Positions 1 through 13,566 are shown, counted from the whole stretch's first letter. The stretch: DNA of 63,899 bases, filler included, from Octopus bimaculoides (GCF_001194135.2; 9 parts of 9 records of this genome joined end to end with filler, not necessarily neighbours in it); one strand, 5' to 3'. The notes: a model not told the origin generated them from the letters alone. Numbers and translations are program-made.

Positions 1-1861
1 ATATATATATATATATACATACATACACACATATATACACACATACATACATATTTATGTATACATACAGACAGATACACAGACACACAGAAGTATCAGT
101 ATGTACGTAAGCATGCATCTATGTACGTTCGTATGTATAAAGTGGAACGGAGGAATTTCGTATTTCAAATAAATGAATGCAAAACCTTAAGCAGAAGAAT
201 TTAATACTGTGTTACATATACAGTAAGTTTGAAGTTGCATACACGTTCGACTGTTATAGTATACCAATTGATTATAGTTTAATGCTCCACGATTTTTGTG
301 TGTAAGTGCATATTAATTGATCTGTGAATCTGGATTGATGGATCTCTGCTGGATTTTTTTCGGCAGTTTGAAGAACTGTCTTAACGTCTCATTGAATTAG
401 CATGTATTTAGCTGAGCATGAATGACAACTTAATGTAATTCCCTGAAAGAAACAGAAGGACAGAGTGTGTAACAAGATTATATCGTTTAATTACAGGTAC
501 AAACCAAGCTGAGCTTTTTATGCAGTGTTAGATCTAATTAGTTTCATCTAGTTAGTTTCATCCAGTTAGTTTCATTATGTGCAGTTTTTATAAGATTACC
601 CATACACTGAATATCATACAATGGGTTCGAAATCGAAACCTAATGATTTTTAAAAGAATGCATTAAGTGTCCAACCAGGCAGCAAGTTGAAAATAATCAT
701 GCAAATATGCTGGCATACATGTATACATACATACAGATATACATCCACACATACATACGTATATACATATATAAGTGTGTGTATGTAAATATATGTATAC
801 GAGGATATTGAACGTATTTATTATGGTATGTATGTATGTATGTATGTTTGTATGATTGGATGGATGGATGGGTGGACACAAGGGTACACTATTGTTTTAT
901 ATGTTCATCTGTAGATCGAGTTAAAGAAAAATACATTCCTTAAATTAGTTTAGTGTTTCCTTTTTCTTACACCGTTTACCATCAATATTCCATGAATCCA
1001 CAAATGATAGTTACGGTGATGGTAATTATTGCATATGTGAATAGGCGTACAAATAAAAGAATATCTAATAAAATTTCGACATAATATATTTTACATGGTT
1101 GTGCATTATTACAATACTTCCCCAAATGAACTACGTTAAATTATAATGTGTAATATATATGAAAGGACGAGACCTACGGAAAATAAGAAGAAACCGAAAA
1201 CATTATCTGGTTATCCCATATTTTATTGTGAACGTTAGAAGGCAGTTAATCATTTTAGTTACAGCATATTTCTTTATCAGTGAGAAATACTGTAATACGT
1301 TCATGAAAATCAGAAGAAAATTTACTTGGACAGAAAATATCGCTTTCAGAAAGATGAATGTAATGGTATCAACCATTTACGAAAGATGATGACAAAACTA
1401 TCAGATAAATGCAACTAGACGAATATTTCTCGATGGCGAGCAATTGCCGAACAATTGAAATTGCATACCGAACAACACACTGCCAGTAAATTTTGTGGGA
1501 AACATTTAATGGATCACAGAGAAAACAGAAGTGTTGAAGAACAGATATTTTTATTGAGATTCAAGTAAAACTAAATTGTGTAATGTTACGCATGTGTATA
1601 AGGATTATGGAATAAATTGTGATTAATAATATCATTACAGTTTAATATTTTACCAAGAAAACATGACCACTGAATCAACAGATTAAACAAATGAGGTCTA
1701 TTCATGTCGGAAACCAGTAACAATGTACGGTGTACTTTTTGGATGGTTACGAAATTCTAGGAATAGATTGTGAAAGATAGTCACCACAAGACTGACAATC
1801 TTGTAAGGCAGTTTTAAGTATTAACATGATTATCAATACGTAGATATTTTATTGCAAAATC

Positions 1862-1903
<42 letters not shown>

Positions 1904-2273
1904 TTCTCTCTCTCTCTCTTGCGGCATTTGTGGTGAAAATTAAGATAAACTTACTAAGTTTATCGGTAGCTAAGTATATTTTTCAACAACAATTTTCATC
2001 ATGGTGTACGGCGCAGGCATCTAACAGTGTATCAGCGAAATTTCGAAAGTGTTGGAAAATGCAATGTTCCCTAGCACACATTGAGAAATCAAGTACTACT
2101 AGAAAATTAGAGCAGGGATTGAGTTAAAACTTTACTATAAAAACTCTTCGAAATATAAATCATGTACTGAAGAACCTTTGTCTGTTTGCTAAAATATGTG
2201 TTTCTTATACGAGTTTCAGTACATATATCAATATATGTATACGCGTACAAACACACTCACACACATACACACA

Positions 2274-2351
<78 letters not shown>

Positions 2352-2388
2352 TATGCATATATATACGCGTATATACATATATACATAT

Positions 2389-2477
<89 letters not shown>

Positions 2478-2527
2478 TATATATATGTGTGTATATATAT
2501 ATGTATGTATATATATATACATGTTGG

Positions 2528-2564
<37 letters not shown>

Positions 2565-3010
2565 TTATATGAATATTTGTATATATACACTGCCGTTCAC
2601 GGAGTTAATGTCATTCTTTATGTCCCTTATTGTTCTGTCCACATGCTGGACAAGTCATAAAGAAGATTAAGTTTGAAATTACATTGATTTACTGATGAAT
2701 TACAGCAAATTTACCTGGAATCTTAAACAGTTGTGTGGGTATAAAATGAATCACATATATTACATCTGAAGACGTTAATAACAGAGTCCTTGAGACATGA
2801 ATTAGACCCCCATATATAATAGATTCGATCAGCCAATGCCATTTATTTTGATCATTTGATATTTGCCAACGACGACCCGGAAGTTTATTATTAACCAATG
2901 ATACCACAAAAATTCGCTTTTCATCGCATTTCTTTTTCTCTATATCTAACTCTCTGTTGCTCTGGCTCCTTCTCTCTCCCAATATGTATGTATGCATGTA
3001 TGTATGTATG

Positions 3011-3055
<45 letters not shown>

Positions 3056-3231
3056 NNNNNNNNNNNNNNNNNNNNNNNNNNNNNNNNNNNNNNNNNNNNN
3101 NNNNNNNNNNNNNNNNNNNNNNNNNNNNNNNNNNNNNNNNNNNNNNNNNNNNNNNNNNNNNNNNNNNNNNNNNNNNNNNNNNNNNNNNNNNNNNNNNNNN
3201 NNNNNNNATATATACATATATATATATATAT

Positions 3232-3308
<77 letters not shown>

Positions 3309-3310
3309 TA
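1..3310. repeat. Multiple dinucleotide/tetranucleotide microsatellites (1-130, 715-875, 1865-1920, 2220-2590, 2985-3310)
   Basis: (TA)n, (CA)n, (CT)n, (TATG)n and (TGGA)n runs are directly visible. Confidence 0.95.
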
Positions 3311-4614
3311 TAAATTCCTATGTATTCATATCTAATTTTTCATACGTTCAACGTTTCACATGCTGTCGTTTGATGTGATTTTTCTAAGTTTTTATGTTTC
3401 TAGCTGTTCTAGATCACTTTCTAATCAGCAGCACTATTGCTTTAGATACACCCATAGAACCGTTGCATTTATTCCAATATCATTCTATAGTTACTATACA
3501 TCATAAGGCCAGGTGTAAATATATAAATTGACATACATTTATTTTAAATCATCTCTTGAGGCAGAAGTACTATTGATGTAAACTCGTACATTTTACCCCA
3601 GCCCTATACTTCCGCTCGTCTCTTTTGATATCAGCACAATTGTAGGAAAATTTCCTCAGACCAATACACACGCACATATTTCCTTATAGCCCTACACACA
3701 GACACAGACATACAGAGATTAACCAAGCAATAATATCGATATAAACTCGTGAACATATACGACAGACACGCAGTTCTCTCTACATATACGTAACATAACT
3801 GACCAAAGATCTATCTATATTTTCTATCGATATTTCACTATGTAAGCACATATAAAAGCACACCCGTACACACATACACAAATTTATGCATGCCAATACA
3901 CCTATGATTATATATGTATGTATCTGTGCCTGTGTGTGGTACGTGTGTGTATGAATGTATGTATGTATGTATGTCAATTCATATATGTATATGTGAGATT
4001 GCCATTGTTCGCAACATTTTCTGGAAAATTTCATTTCTCGACACTACAGTTGGCTACACTGAAAATTGGTACAGCCAAGTGCAGCATCCCCTACCCCCAG
4101 CAACTGTGGAAAATTCGATGTTACACTGGTTAAAGTGCCTGAGTGCTAGGATGACAAGTTAGGTCGTACTCCATAGAAACCTAAAAGATTTTGCGACGGA
4201 CTGGTACAGCCTATCGGATATTGATCAGATGGGCTGACAGCTAAGTATATAAATATATATATATATATATATANNNNNNNNNNNNNNNNNNNNNNNNNNN
4301 NNNNNNNNNNNNNNNNNNNNNNNNNNNNNNNNNNNNNNNNNNNNNNNNNNNNNNNNNNNNNNNNNNNNNTTATAATTAATTCAAAATAGGATGAATTCTT
4401 TTATAAGAATGTATCAAGAAGCTAGCGTGAAAAAACCTCATAAGGGAAAATCCATCATTTATTCCCCAAAATATATTTATTTATATAAGGGCATCACTAT
4501 ACAAGAATGTCTCACGCTAAGGGGGACTCTAAGGTCAAACTACCATAAGAAACACATTTTTACCGAACGCGAGGAAATGCAACTCTCAAAGCTAGCCCCT
4601 TAAAAACAAACTAA

Positions 4615-4675
4615 ACTATAGATCATGATTTCGTAGTTATTGCAGTATTATGCAACTTCTCATCGTCAGTATAAT
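4615..4675 (-). ncRNA. Minimal type I hammerhead ribozyme motif (Penelope-like-element style, palindromic helix III)
   Basis: Minus strand reads ATTATA-CTGACGA-(stem II GTTGCA/TGCAAT plus distal pairs)-GAAA-TCATGA-TC-TATAGT. Stem I is 6 bp (one G.U), helix III is the palindrome ATCATGAT, and the cleavage base is C (4621). The base of stem II is mismatched. Confidence 0.55.
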
Positions 4676-4861
4676 ATGGTCAAGAAACATAGAAATAAAC
4701 AGAAGATCAACATACCAAATGAATACCTCGCGTATCCAGTATAGTACCCAGAAGATTGTTTATCCCTATATATCTATGTAAGTGGCGGGCCTTTCGAATT
4801 GCATCTCGATACATGTGTTATCTTCAGAATAAATTCAACACTGAATTATAAATATATTCCC

Positions 4862-4935
4862 GGTGTGGGAATCGAAACCGCGATCCTATGACCGCGAGTC
4901 CACTGCCCTAATCACTGGGCCATTGCATCTCCACC
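4862..4935 (-). mobile_element. tRNA-derived SINE head fragment (family C)
   Basis: The reverse complement matches the head of the SINEs at 26736 and 28835 (A box tggcccagtgattagg, B box ggtttcgattccc). Confidence 0.8.
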
Positions 4936-6343
4936 TATTATATATATGGCATCTTCGCATACTACTGCATTGGTTTCGTTGTTCCTGTTCGCTTCATTAC
5001 CATAGAAAATTATCAGATACACCGTTCATCTTCAGAATCTTCATTTGAATTTTAAGTTTAACAAATATTTATTTCAAAATTCTCTCTGTACCTCAAACAC
5101 ATTAAAAAATACGAATTGACCACATACCCTTTTATATATACGAAGCTTTTAATCTGTAAGTGCTTATAGTAGTTAGGTCTTCTTTACATTGTGTCATTCA
5201 AGCTCCGGAAAATCTAACTCACGTGGATGATTCTGACCAATGTTTGACTCCGAGGGCTATAATACTCGATATGATTTTATCTATTATTTACACCTGCACT
5301 TGCTTTTGAACAGTTTTGTGAAAAGAAATGCAAATGTACGCTTACACGCACTCATACACAGGTTCAAAACGACACACACCTCTACATCCAGAGATATTTA
5401 TGTGTATATGTATTACTTGAATTTTGTTACCCACGTTTTGTACTCTTTTATATTAGAATGTCCGTATGTGTATATTTATACAGGTGTGTATGTATTCGTA
5501 TGTGTGTGCCTGTGTGATATACACAAACACACGTGTGTTGTGCTCCTCAGTTTATATTTTATTTTATTTTATTGCTTAAACATTAGCATAAATGTTACAA
5601 ATATCTTTACGAATACATATTGGCAATGCAGCTGCGGTATATCTCTTTGCTTGTATCTGTACTGTTATTAATGATGAAACTACATTTAGCTTCACGAACA
5701 CTTAAATTGATAGAAAAACTAATAGGAACAAAATCGTGTAGCGCAAAACGAAAATAAATTGAGAATCTCCAATGTTTTTCATATTCTAATTCCCAATATA
5801 TTTAAGTTCATAAGAAAATATTGTTACATAGTGTATGATATAACGAATAGCAATCGCAGAAAAATATTGTTAAAGAATCGAGATAACCCCTTATTTTTTG
5901 AGCGTAGAGTAGCTTATACTCGTTGACATGTGTTTGATTCCTTTCTTCACGTAAAACGGTAACTAAAATATGAATATTCAGCGTACGTCAATCAGTACAT
6001 CACCATGTATCCAGATTATCCTTTAGTTCATATTTTCTATGTATGCTGATTTTTTTACCGTATAGTTTTGCTACTCTTTTCTTCTTTTCAAAAAAGTATT
6101 TCCACTGATCAACACAGTCTTGAAAAGAATATGGTATACAGATAAAACCTGAAACATGTCCGCGGATTTCACTTTCGCTTCTAAAATAGGATAATGATTT
6201 CTTCTATCTGCAAAATTACATTTTTTGAGGAATTAATGTTTTTTCTTGCAATTATTTCATCTTTCACTTGGTAATTGCAAAGAAAAGCCACTACTGTTTA
6301 TTCTCGACTGTTTGTTTTGTCTCAATATTATAGCCTATATAAA

Positions 6344-6568
6344 GGCGGCGAGCTGATAGAATCCTTATCGGACAGGATATACTTAGTGGCATTTCTTCCG
6401 GTTTTACGTTCTGAGTTCCAGTAGTGCAGGAGTTGACTTTGTCTTTCATCATTTCATGGTCGATAAAACAAGTATCAGTTGAAAATGGCGTTGTTCAGTT
6501 GAACAATGTAATAGACTCCCCACTTCACCCGAATTCGCTAGATTTGTGCCAACATTGGAAACCAATTT
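6344..6568 (+). mobile_element. SINE family A, diverged copy
   Basis: Head ggcggcgagctg..., core ttctgagtt...gactttg.ctttcatc...gtcgataaa and tail tttgtgcca...aaacca are shared with the copies at 12441, 33996, 36528 and 36927. Confidence 0.8.
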
Positions 6569-8227
6569 TAGATACTAAATACCGTCCTTACGTCCTCCAG
6601 AAATCACTACTTACCGAAGCTATTTAAATTCATGTCGTTGGTCTATCTGACATACTTCAATTACTTTTCAATTTATAAGGATGCAAATTACATTGGCCAA
6701 CAATCTTTGAACACTTTTACTACATGTAAAAAAAGATACATGTTTATCAATGTTAGTTGGTGAAAATCACTTCTCGAAGACCCATGTTATGAGTTTAACC
6801 TCAGCATAATTATCATGCAGTTTACTATATGAGATTTAATGGTTTTAGGATGACAATTGTGAAATTGATTTTTAATTCTTTTGAGAGTCACTAAGGCTTG
6901 CTGCTAAATTCTTATTTTAATTCACTAATTTTATTTCCTTGGTAATCTTTTTCCTTACATTGATTTCTACATTGGCACCTACGTAGAATTTTTAAAAGGT
7001 TAATGTAATATATGAGAAGACAGTTTAGTCGGTTGTTACAGTCGTTCGTGTAAAGACGGCAAAAATACACAGGACAAATTTTATTGTCATAAATTCTGGT
7101 CAATTTTCAAATATTCATTAACTGAATTACTCTCAGATTTTTTTTTTTCCTTTCAGATTCGGTATTGCTAGATCAGACTATAATCAAAGCTCCAGATTTC
7201 AGCATCCATATTTTAGTCATACTAAGACAATGGAACTTACTTTTGTTTAAATTGGATCCAAATTTCTTAAAGATCTTTCGTTTGAATGTCATTGTGTATA
7301 CGTTAACTTTGTATGTCAGTGATCTCCGATAACCAAAGATTTTGTTTGACGGGGAAAAAATCCGTCATTCACACGTAAATCATTGCATACACAGAAAGCT
7401 TATTTAAATGTCAGTTACAACGCCTAGAATGAAATATGCTTGGCAGAGAACCATGGTGGATATTACAACTCTAATATTAGTTCATTCTGCTGATTTGGCA
7501 ATTTTTCTCAGCAGGTTAACTATAGCGTAAGAGATAGTGTGGAAAATGATGATGAAATGGCGAAGTGAAGAATATCCTCTGAAAAAAATTAATCAATACT
7601 GTGCTCCTTATTAAACTACAGATCAACATTTACTAACGGAGTTTCATTTTCAATCATTGTGAAACACTTTCAAATATGCTATATTAACGGACTTCATTAA
7701 TTTATATGTTGCTCTATATGCACTTTCAATGGTATTTAGCTGCCATCTCTTGCTGGTCATTTGATTACTTAAAGATGTCTTCTTTGGTTCATTGAATTCT
7801 AAGTACATGATGTTAGTAATGGTCATAATGAATAATTACTATTGTTAAGATAAAACGTATTGTATTTAACAATGCTATGTTTTGATTGCAAATGTAATAG
7901 GAAGATATGCAGCATGTACTTTTGCTGATTGAATGGAATGGATGAGAGAAGCTTCCATTCACTGACTAGCTATTTGCAATTAGTGAACTCGAGCATTAAT
8001 CGGAAATAGGTTTATACGTTAGCGATTATCAAAAATATCATTTTAATCAGATACAGAGAAGAATGTACCTCGTATGTAAGCTTGCTTGTACGTATGTTTG
8101 TATGCATGTATGTAACATATTGTATAATTATATAATAAACACGGCAATTTTTAATCATTTCTCTGCAGACTGAAAAAAAAAAGAAAACGCTGAACAACGT
8201 TAACAATGTTTATATACTCAACAAATG

Positions 8228-9350
8228 CAGCAGTAACTCTACGAATGAGTTCCTAATTTGCATTCCGAAAGTGTATAACACTTTAAATACCAGTTGCCTG
8301 TCAACGGGGATCTAAGTGTACACAATATCCAGGTATGTTATATATATATGTAACATATGGTATAAACAGGGCAAGTTTTAGCCATTTCTCTGCAGACTGA
8401 AAAAAATGATTAACAACCTTAATCGATTATCGGACCTGTACGTGTGTTTGTGTATTACGGAATTTCGGGATACGGTTTGTAATTTCGCTCTTACAGAAAG
8501 AAACTCTGTGTGATAGCTAACATCAAGGTATTCCGTATGAGAAGAACTTTCGAACAACTTATGAAAGCCATTGACTGGGAGAATAAGCCTACAGTTAAAA
8601 ATCTCTGGAAGAAATTCAAAATAGTAGATGCTGTGGATAATATAGCAGTGCCATAAGATAATGTAAAAAATCCAACTTTAAATAATGCTTGGGAAAATGT
8701 ATGGCCAGACTGTGTTCGTGACAAGTTGAAAGTCTACATCAAATTCGGAAAGATATGGTGGCACCTGAAAAGAAGTCAATGTATGATGTGATTGTTAGAA
8801 AAAGAACAAACTCAGAATTTCTACCTACACCATTTACATTGGCAACATGTATTGATAAAAGTTTGGCAATTGTAGAGGAAGGCCTGAAACTTACAGTTCA
8901 GAATGATTCCTAATCGAGAACGCACGACAAAATTTACAAATTTACCCCTCGAAATGATGTTAGTGATAACTATATGGTAGTAAATATTATCCCGCATCCT
9001 CCTAGTGATGTTCATTCCACCAACACCACCACTAACCCGCACACAGTAGTCAACAACTTGTGTCTTAAGAACGTGCTCTTAGTATATAGCGTTTCATATT
9101 AATTCTGTAACGTAAACATCCTAAAGTTTTGTTTTTTTCCCGTTTTTATGTATTTATGTTGTATTGTGTATTTTGAAAAATGATCTTCATATATAGCGGT
9201 AACCGTTCTCGAGCTGGGAACGCAATCTCACTTGATAACAGGCAAATCAATGGGAAAATTATTTTCAATAACGGAATTTCGCATTACGGACAGAGATTCA
9301 GAAGCGCTTTACTTATTACTTACGTACAGAGGGAGGAGGAATCCTGATAT
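8228..9350 (+). mobile_element. Degenerate pogo/Tigger (DDE_1, TIGD1-like) DNA transposon remnant
   Basis: The + strand at ~8505-8730 translates VIANIKVFRMRRTFEQLMKAIDWENKPTVKNLWKKFKIVDAVDNIAVP*DNVKNPTLNNAWENVWPDCV, typical of the Tigger transposase C-terminal DDE region. A Tigger-like end (cagcagtaactc...) lies at 8228. The outer boundaries are approximate. Confidence 0.7.
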
Positions 9351-9884
9351 ATATATATATATANNNNNNNNNNNNNNNNNNNNNNNNNNNNNNNNNNNNN
9401 NNNNNNNNNNNNNNNNNNNNNNNNNNNNNNNNNNNNNNNNNNNNNNNNNNNNNNNNNNNNNNNNNNNNNNNNNNNNNNNNNNNNNNNNNNNNNNNNNNNN
9501 NNNNNNNNNNNNNNNNNNNNNNNNNNNNNNNNNNNNNNNNNNNNNNNNNNNNNNNNNNNNNNNNNNNNNNNNNNNNNNNNNNNNNNNNNNACATACATAC
9601 ATATATATGCACGCGCGTGTGTGTGCATGTTCTTCTACACGTTAGATACAGGAATTTAGATTTCTAATGATAACTTTCATTTCAGAAGGGATATATATTT
9701 TCTATGTGTATAAAATTTTAGACTAAAGGAGATTATTTTCTCAAGTGCTCTCACTCTTTCTATTTCTATCTTTATCTTCGCAGACAGAGTGTATTTATTT
9801 TGCCCTATTAGCAGTGTAAATGTTTATACAATCGGTTTAATCAAGTTCCATGCATGTATGTATGTATGTATGTATGTATGTATG

Positions 9885-10180
9885 TGTGAGAAGGCATAAT
9901 CTAGTTGTCAGGACGTTGCTCTAACGATCGCGATATAGGGATTTCAATTCCTAGACCGTGTAATGCGTTTTGTTCTTGAGCAAAACACTTCATCTCACGT
10001 TGCTCTGCGCTCACTTTGACTCCTGACTCGGGGTACACAGTGTACTTGTTCAGACTGCATGGACGTGATGGAGAGAGTCAGCTAATGTACAGCACATACA
10101 TTTGATATCAATAAACAAATCCCTTGAGCAGGTCGTTCGGTAAATTCTGACCGCTCATACGTCGTCTTCAACAGGAGAGC
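9885..10180 (+). mobile_element. tRNA-derived SINE, diverged (family D-related)
   Basis: Degenerate A/B boxes are followed by gttcttgagcaaaacacttcatctcacgttgctc, shared with the heads at 18291, 41943 and 60600. Confidence 0.65.
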
Positions 10181-10200
10181 CCATCATGAGTATTTATAAG

Positions 10201-10242
<42 letters not shown>

Positions 10243-10271
10243 CACACACATGTGCGCACACACACACACAC

Positions 10272-10304
<33 letters not shown>

Positions 10305-11023
10305 CATATATATGTTCATGTGTGTATATATACATACATATATCTANNNNNNNNNNNNNNNNNNNNNNNNNNNNNNNNNNNNNNNNNNNNNNNNNNNNNN
10401 NNNNNNNNNNNNNNNNNNNNNNNNNNNNNNNNNNNNNNNNNNNNNNNNNNNNNNNNNNNNNNNNNNNNNNNNNNNNNNNNNNNNNNNNNNNNNNNNNNNN
10501 NNNNNNNNNNNNNNNNNNNNNNNNNNNNNNNNNNNNNNNNNNNNNNNNNNNNNNNNNNNNNNNNNNNNNNNNNNNNNNNNNNNNNNNNNNNNNNNNNNNN
10601 NNNNNNNNNNNNNNNNNNNNNNNNNNNNNNNNNNNNNNNNNNNNNNNNNNNNNNNNNNNNNNNNNNNNNNNNNNNNNNNNNNNNNNNNNNNNNNNNNNNN
10701 NNNNNNNNNNNNNNNNNNNNNNNNNNNNNNNNNNNNNNNNNNNNNNNNNNNNNNNNNNNNNNNNNNNNNNNNNNNNNNNNNNNNNNNNNNNNNNNNNNNN
10801 NNNNNNNNNNNNNNNNNNNNNNNNNNNNNNNNNNNNNNNNNNNNNNNNNNNNNNNNNNNNNNNNNNNNNNNNNNNNNNNNNNNNNNNNNNNNNNNNNNNN
10901 NNNNNNNNNNNNNNNNNNNNNNNNNNNNNNNNNNNNNNNNNNNNNNNNNNNNNNNNNNNNNNNNCAGAGACTTCAAATTCGATATATCGATTTATTCACC
11001 ACTCTATGTTAACATTATATATG

Positions 11024-11054
<31 letters not shown>

Positions 11055-12224
11055 GTATACATACATATAGTTACTTACGTGTGTATGGATAATCATGTGA
11101 AGTGGATATCACTATTTCTATATAGTTTAGAACCTTCGATTCCATTGAAAATGATACACCTGCTTGCGACACTTTATATAATAATTCTTCTGGTGTTGTT
11201 TTCACCTATGTGCTTAAACTTGTATCGTTACATATGAATAAAGAGATGTGCTGAATACTACATTCACACCAATAACCCATTCACAGATTTATGCTTAAGG
11301 TACTTTGTTACTCTATAGAACATGCTTCACTTTAACTTTTTCACAGCTTCATTTCGAAACATATGCTTGTGTACGATATTTGCATTACCTAGAAATACAA
11401 TAACTTTACTCAATAGATATCTTGATGTAATAATTTATTCAACACAAAAATTGGTACTGCTTAAGTTTTCTCATCAGTTCAACACTCTCTATTCTATCGG
11501 CGTTATGTGAAGAATAATTGCTTTCATTCCGGTTTTATTATATTCGAAGGTCTACTTTATATGTATTCTTCATTGCACGTTCGCACAAACACACAACGAA
11601 ATATACTAGAACACAAACATATCCCGCATACACATACATACACATTACAGGTATAAACAGGTGCATTGAAACCCTACATAAAATTTAGAGAATTTTATAT
11701 GTCATGTATCCTTTCTACAATTATGTATGTCAGAATTCATATATTTTAGCTAAATCTATTAATTCTGTATTGTGGTAACTTCTGCATTTCCATCTGCGTT
11801 TTTTGTTTCGTCTTTTTTTTTTCTTTCCTATCATTATCTTGAATATATTTCATGACACTTAATATTTCTTCGCGCATCACAGTCCTGCAAAAGATTTATC
11901 AGCATATTTATGAGGAATCTATATTTTTTTATGACTGAAGAGTAAAACTGTATTGCATTCTATTCTAGCTTTTATGACTACGGTTCTATTTGTAATTGTC
12001 TACATGTGTGCTCATATACATTTTTGTAATTTATTGTTGACGTATCAATTAGTATAATAAAACTGATATGTACTCTAACCGTACGTAATATTATTTACTA
12101 TCTTATTCTTCAGACACTTACTTTGAAATAAAGGACCCCACACTCTGTTTCGTATTCTACTATATATTTTCATGTGTTTATTTGACTATTAAACAACACT
12201 GCAACCACAGCAATTGATATTAAA

Positions 12225-12410
12225 TTGACATCAACATCCTTCTCAGCATCATCGACTACTTCACCCTCATCATCGGCGTCGTCGTCGTCGCCATCATCAT
12301 CATATGAATTATCGTCATCGTCCTCGTCGTCCTTGTCGTCGTGGTCGTCGTCACCATCGCATTCGTTGCCGCCGTTCTCATTGTCTTCTCCTCTCCCCTT
12401 CTTCCTTTTC
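12225..12410. repeat. Low-complexity (TCG/TCA/TCC)n tract
   Basis: Degenerate trinucleotide run that produces the spurious poly-Ser ORF. Confidence 0.8.
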
Positions 12411-12440
12411 TAACTAATTATTGTTATTGCCATGTATATA

Positions 12441-12653
12441 TTCTTTTCTTCTCTAGGCACAAGGCCAGAAATTTTGTGAAGGGGACCAGTTGACTAGATC
12501 GAACTCAATACGCAACTGGTACTTAATTTATCGACCCCGAAATAATGAAAGGCAAAGTCGACCTCGGCGGAATTTGAACTCAGAACGCAGTGGCAGACGA
12601 AATACCGCTAAGCTTTTCGCCCGGCGTGCTAATGTTTCTGCCAACTCGCTGCC
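12441..12653 (-). mobile_element. SINE family A, near full length
   Basis: The reverse complement reads ggcagcgagttggcagaaacattagcacgccgggcgaaa...ttctgagttcaaattccgccgaggtcgactttgcctttcat...ctggccttgtgcctaga. Confidence 0.9.
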
Positions 12654-12898
12654 TTATTGCTATGTATGTATTAATAAGCCGGTACCTGCCTACCAGCATT
12701 CTGTGTAATGACAAAGGAGGTAATTCAAATACAGTAATTAATATACATGAAGAGGGAGAATAAAGAATATCAATTAGTCGCAAAATTTGTGAACTCAGAG
12801 CAATTTAGGGATCGCATTCTACTATCCCGTTTCTTTACAAAATGGAAATAACTTATGCTGATGGAGTAGAATTTAGCTTCACACCCACTATAGAATAA

Positions 12899-12956
12899 GC
12901 ATGACTGATGAACATTATATTTCATGCGAAATTGGCATGCCAGTGTAATGCCACTC
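12899..12956 (+). ncRNA. Type I hammerhead ribozyme, copy 1 (probably inactive: G at the cleavage position)
   Basis: GCATGA-CTGATGA(12905-12911)-A CAT tatatttc ATG C-GAAA(12928-12931)-TTGG catg CCAG-T-G(12945)-TAATGC. Stem I is 5/6 paired, stem II has 3 bp, and stem III is intact. Confidence 0.7.
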
Positions 12957-13236
12957 AATTGTGGTGGGGAGGATGTCTCCCCTGTTAGTAAGTAAAATAT
13001 ATTCTTTCTATGGCTAAAGAGTTCTTTGACTCTTATTTCTAGCAATATTGTTGCTCCTCGCACCCTTCGTCAATATTTAGTGACAGTGGAAAATTTATTT
13101 TGTGGTTTTGAATTGTCCCTAGCCATCTTAATTATTTTATAATTTTCACATTACAATTTTGCGGAATCAGAAACTGATTTCTGTGGTAAAATCTATATAT
13201 ACTGGCAGGGTAGACTATAACTTCACCTATACTATG

Positions 13237-13300
13237 GAGTAAGCATTACTGATGAACATTAAATTTCATACGAAATTGGCGGGCCAATCTAATGCCACTC
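13237..13300 (+). ncRNA. Type I hammerhead ribozyme, copy 2
   Basis: GAGT aa GCATTA-CTGATGA(13249-13255)-acat taaatttc atac-GAAA(13272-13275)-TTGG cggg CCAA-TC(13288-13289)-TAATGC c ACTC. It has a perfect 6-bp stem I extended by 4 bp past an internal loop, a 4-bp stem III and all invariant core bases. Stem II is weak. Confidence 0.75.
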
Positions 13301-13494
13301 AGTTGTTGGTGGGTAGGTTGTCTTCCGGGTGAATATATAGAAAATGTGCTTTCTGTAGCTGAAGAGTACTTTAACATTTATTTCTAGCAATGCTGGTGGT
13401 CCTTGCAACCTTCGTCACTATTTCAGTGACGGCGAATAATTGCCGTTTCCGGTGCTTGAAATTGCGTCTAGCCACCTAAATAATTTTATATAGC

Positions 13495-13566
<72 letters not shown>

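Larger units (their letters stand above)
12780..13495 (+). repeat. Two diverged tandem units of ~344 bp, each carrying a hammerhead motif
   Basis: Colinear blocks recur at +344, e.g. taagcat.actgatgaacatta.atttcat.cgaaattggc (12905 vs 13249), atttctagcaat and cttcgtca. The 3' block ctagcca.ct.aat..ttttata recurs at a slightly larger offset (~+350). Confidence 0.85.

Noticed and set aside
2830-2900. CCAAT-CCGGAAGT-CCAAT motif trio
   Set aside because: Short motifs expected by chance, with no CpG enrichment or other promoter support.
2186-3378. ORFs of YI/HT/VC dipeptide repeats here and throughout the ORF track
   Set aside because: Dinucleotide microsatellites and N runs lack stop codons, so these ORFs are not coding.
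6900-7300. Minus-strand KICPVYFCRLY motif reminiscent of tyrosine recombinase (DIRS/Crypton)
   Set aside because: Only one short motif, and the catalytic R-H-R-Y residues could not be located.
12850-13480. Reading the tandem 344-bp units as a protein-coding duplication
   Set aside because: Both copies have multiple stops and I recognise no domain. The conserved blocks coincide with hammerhead core and stems.
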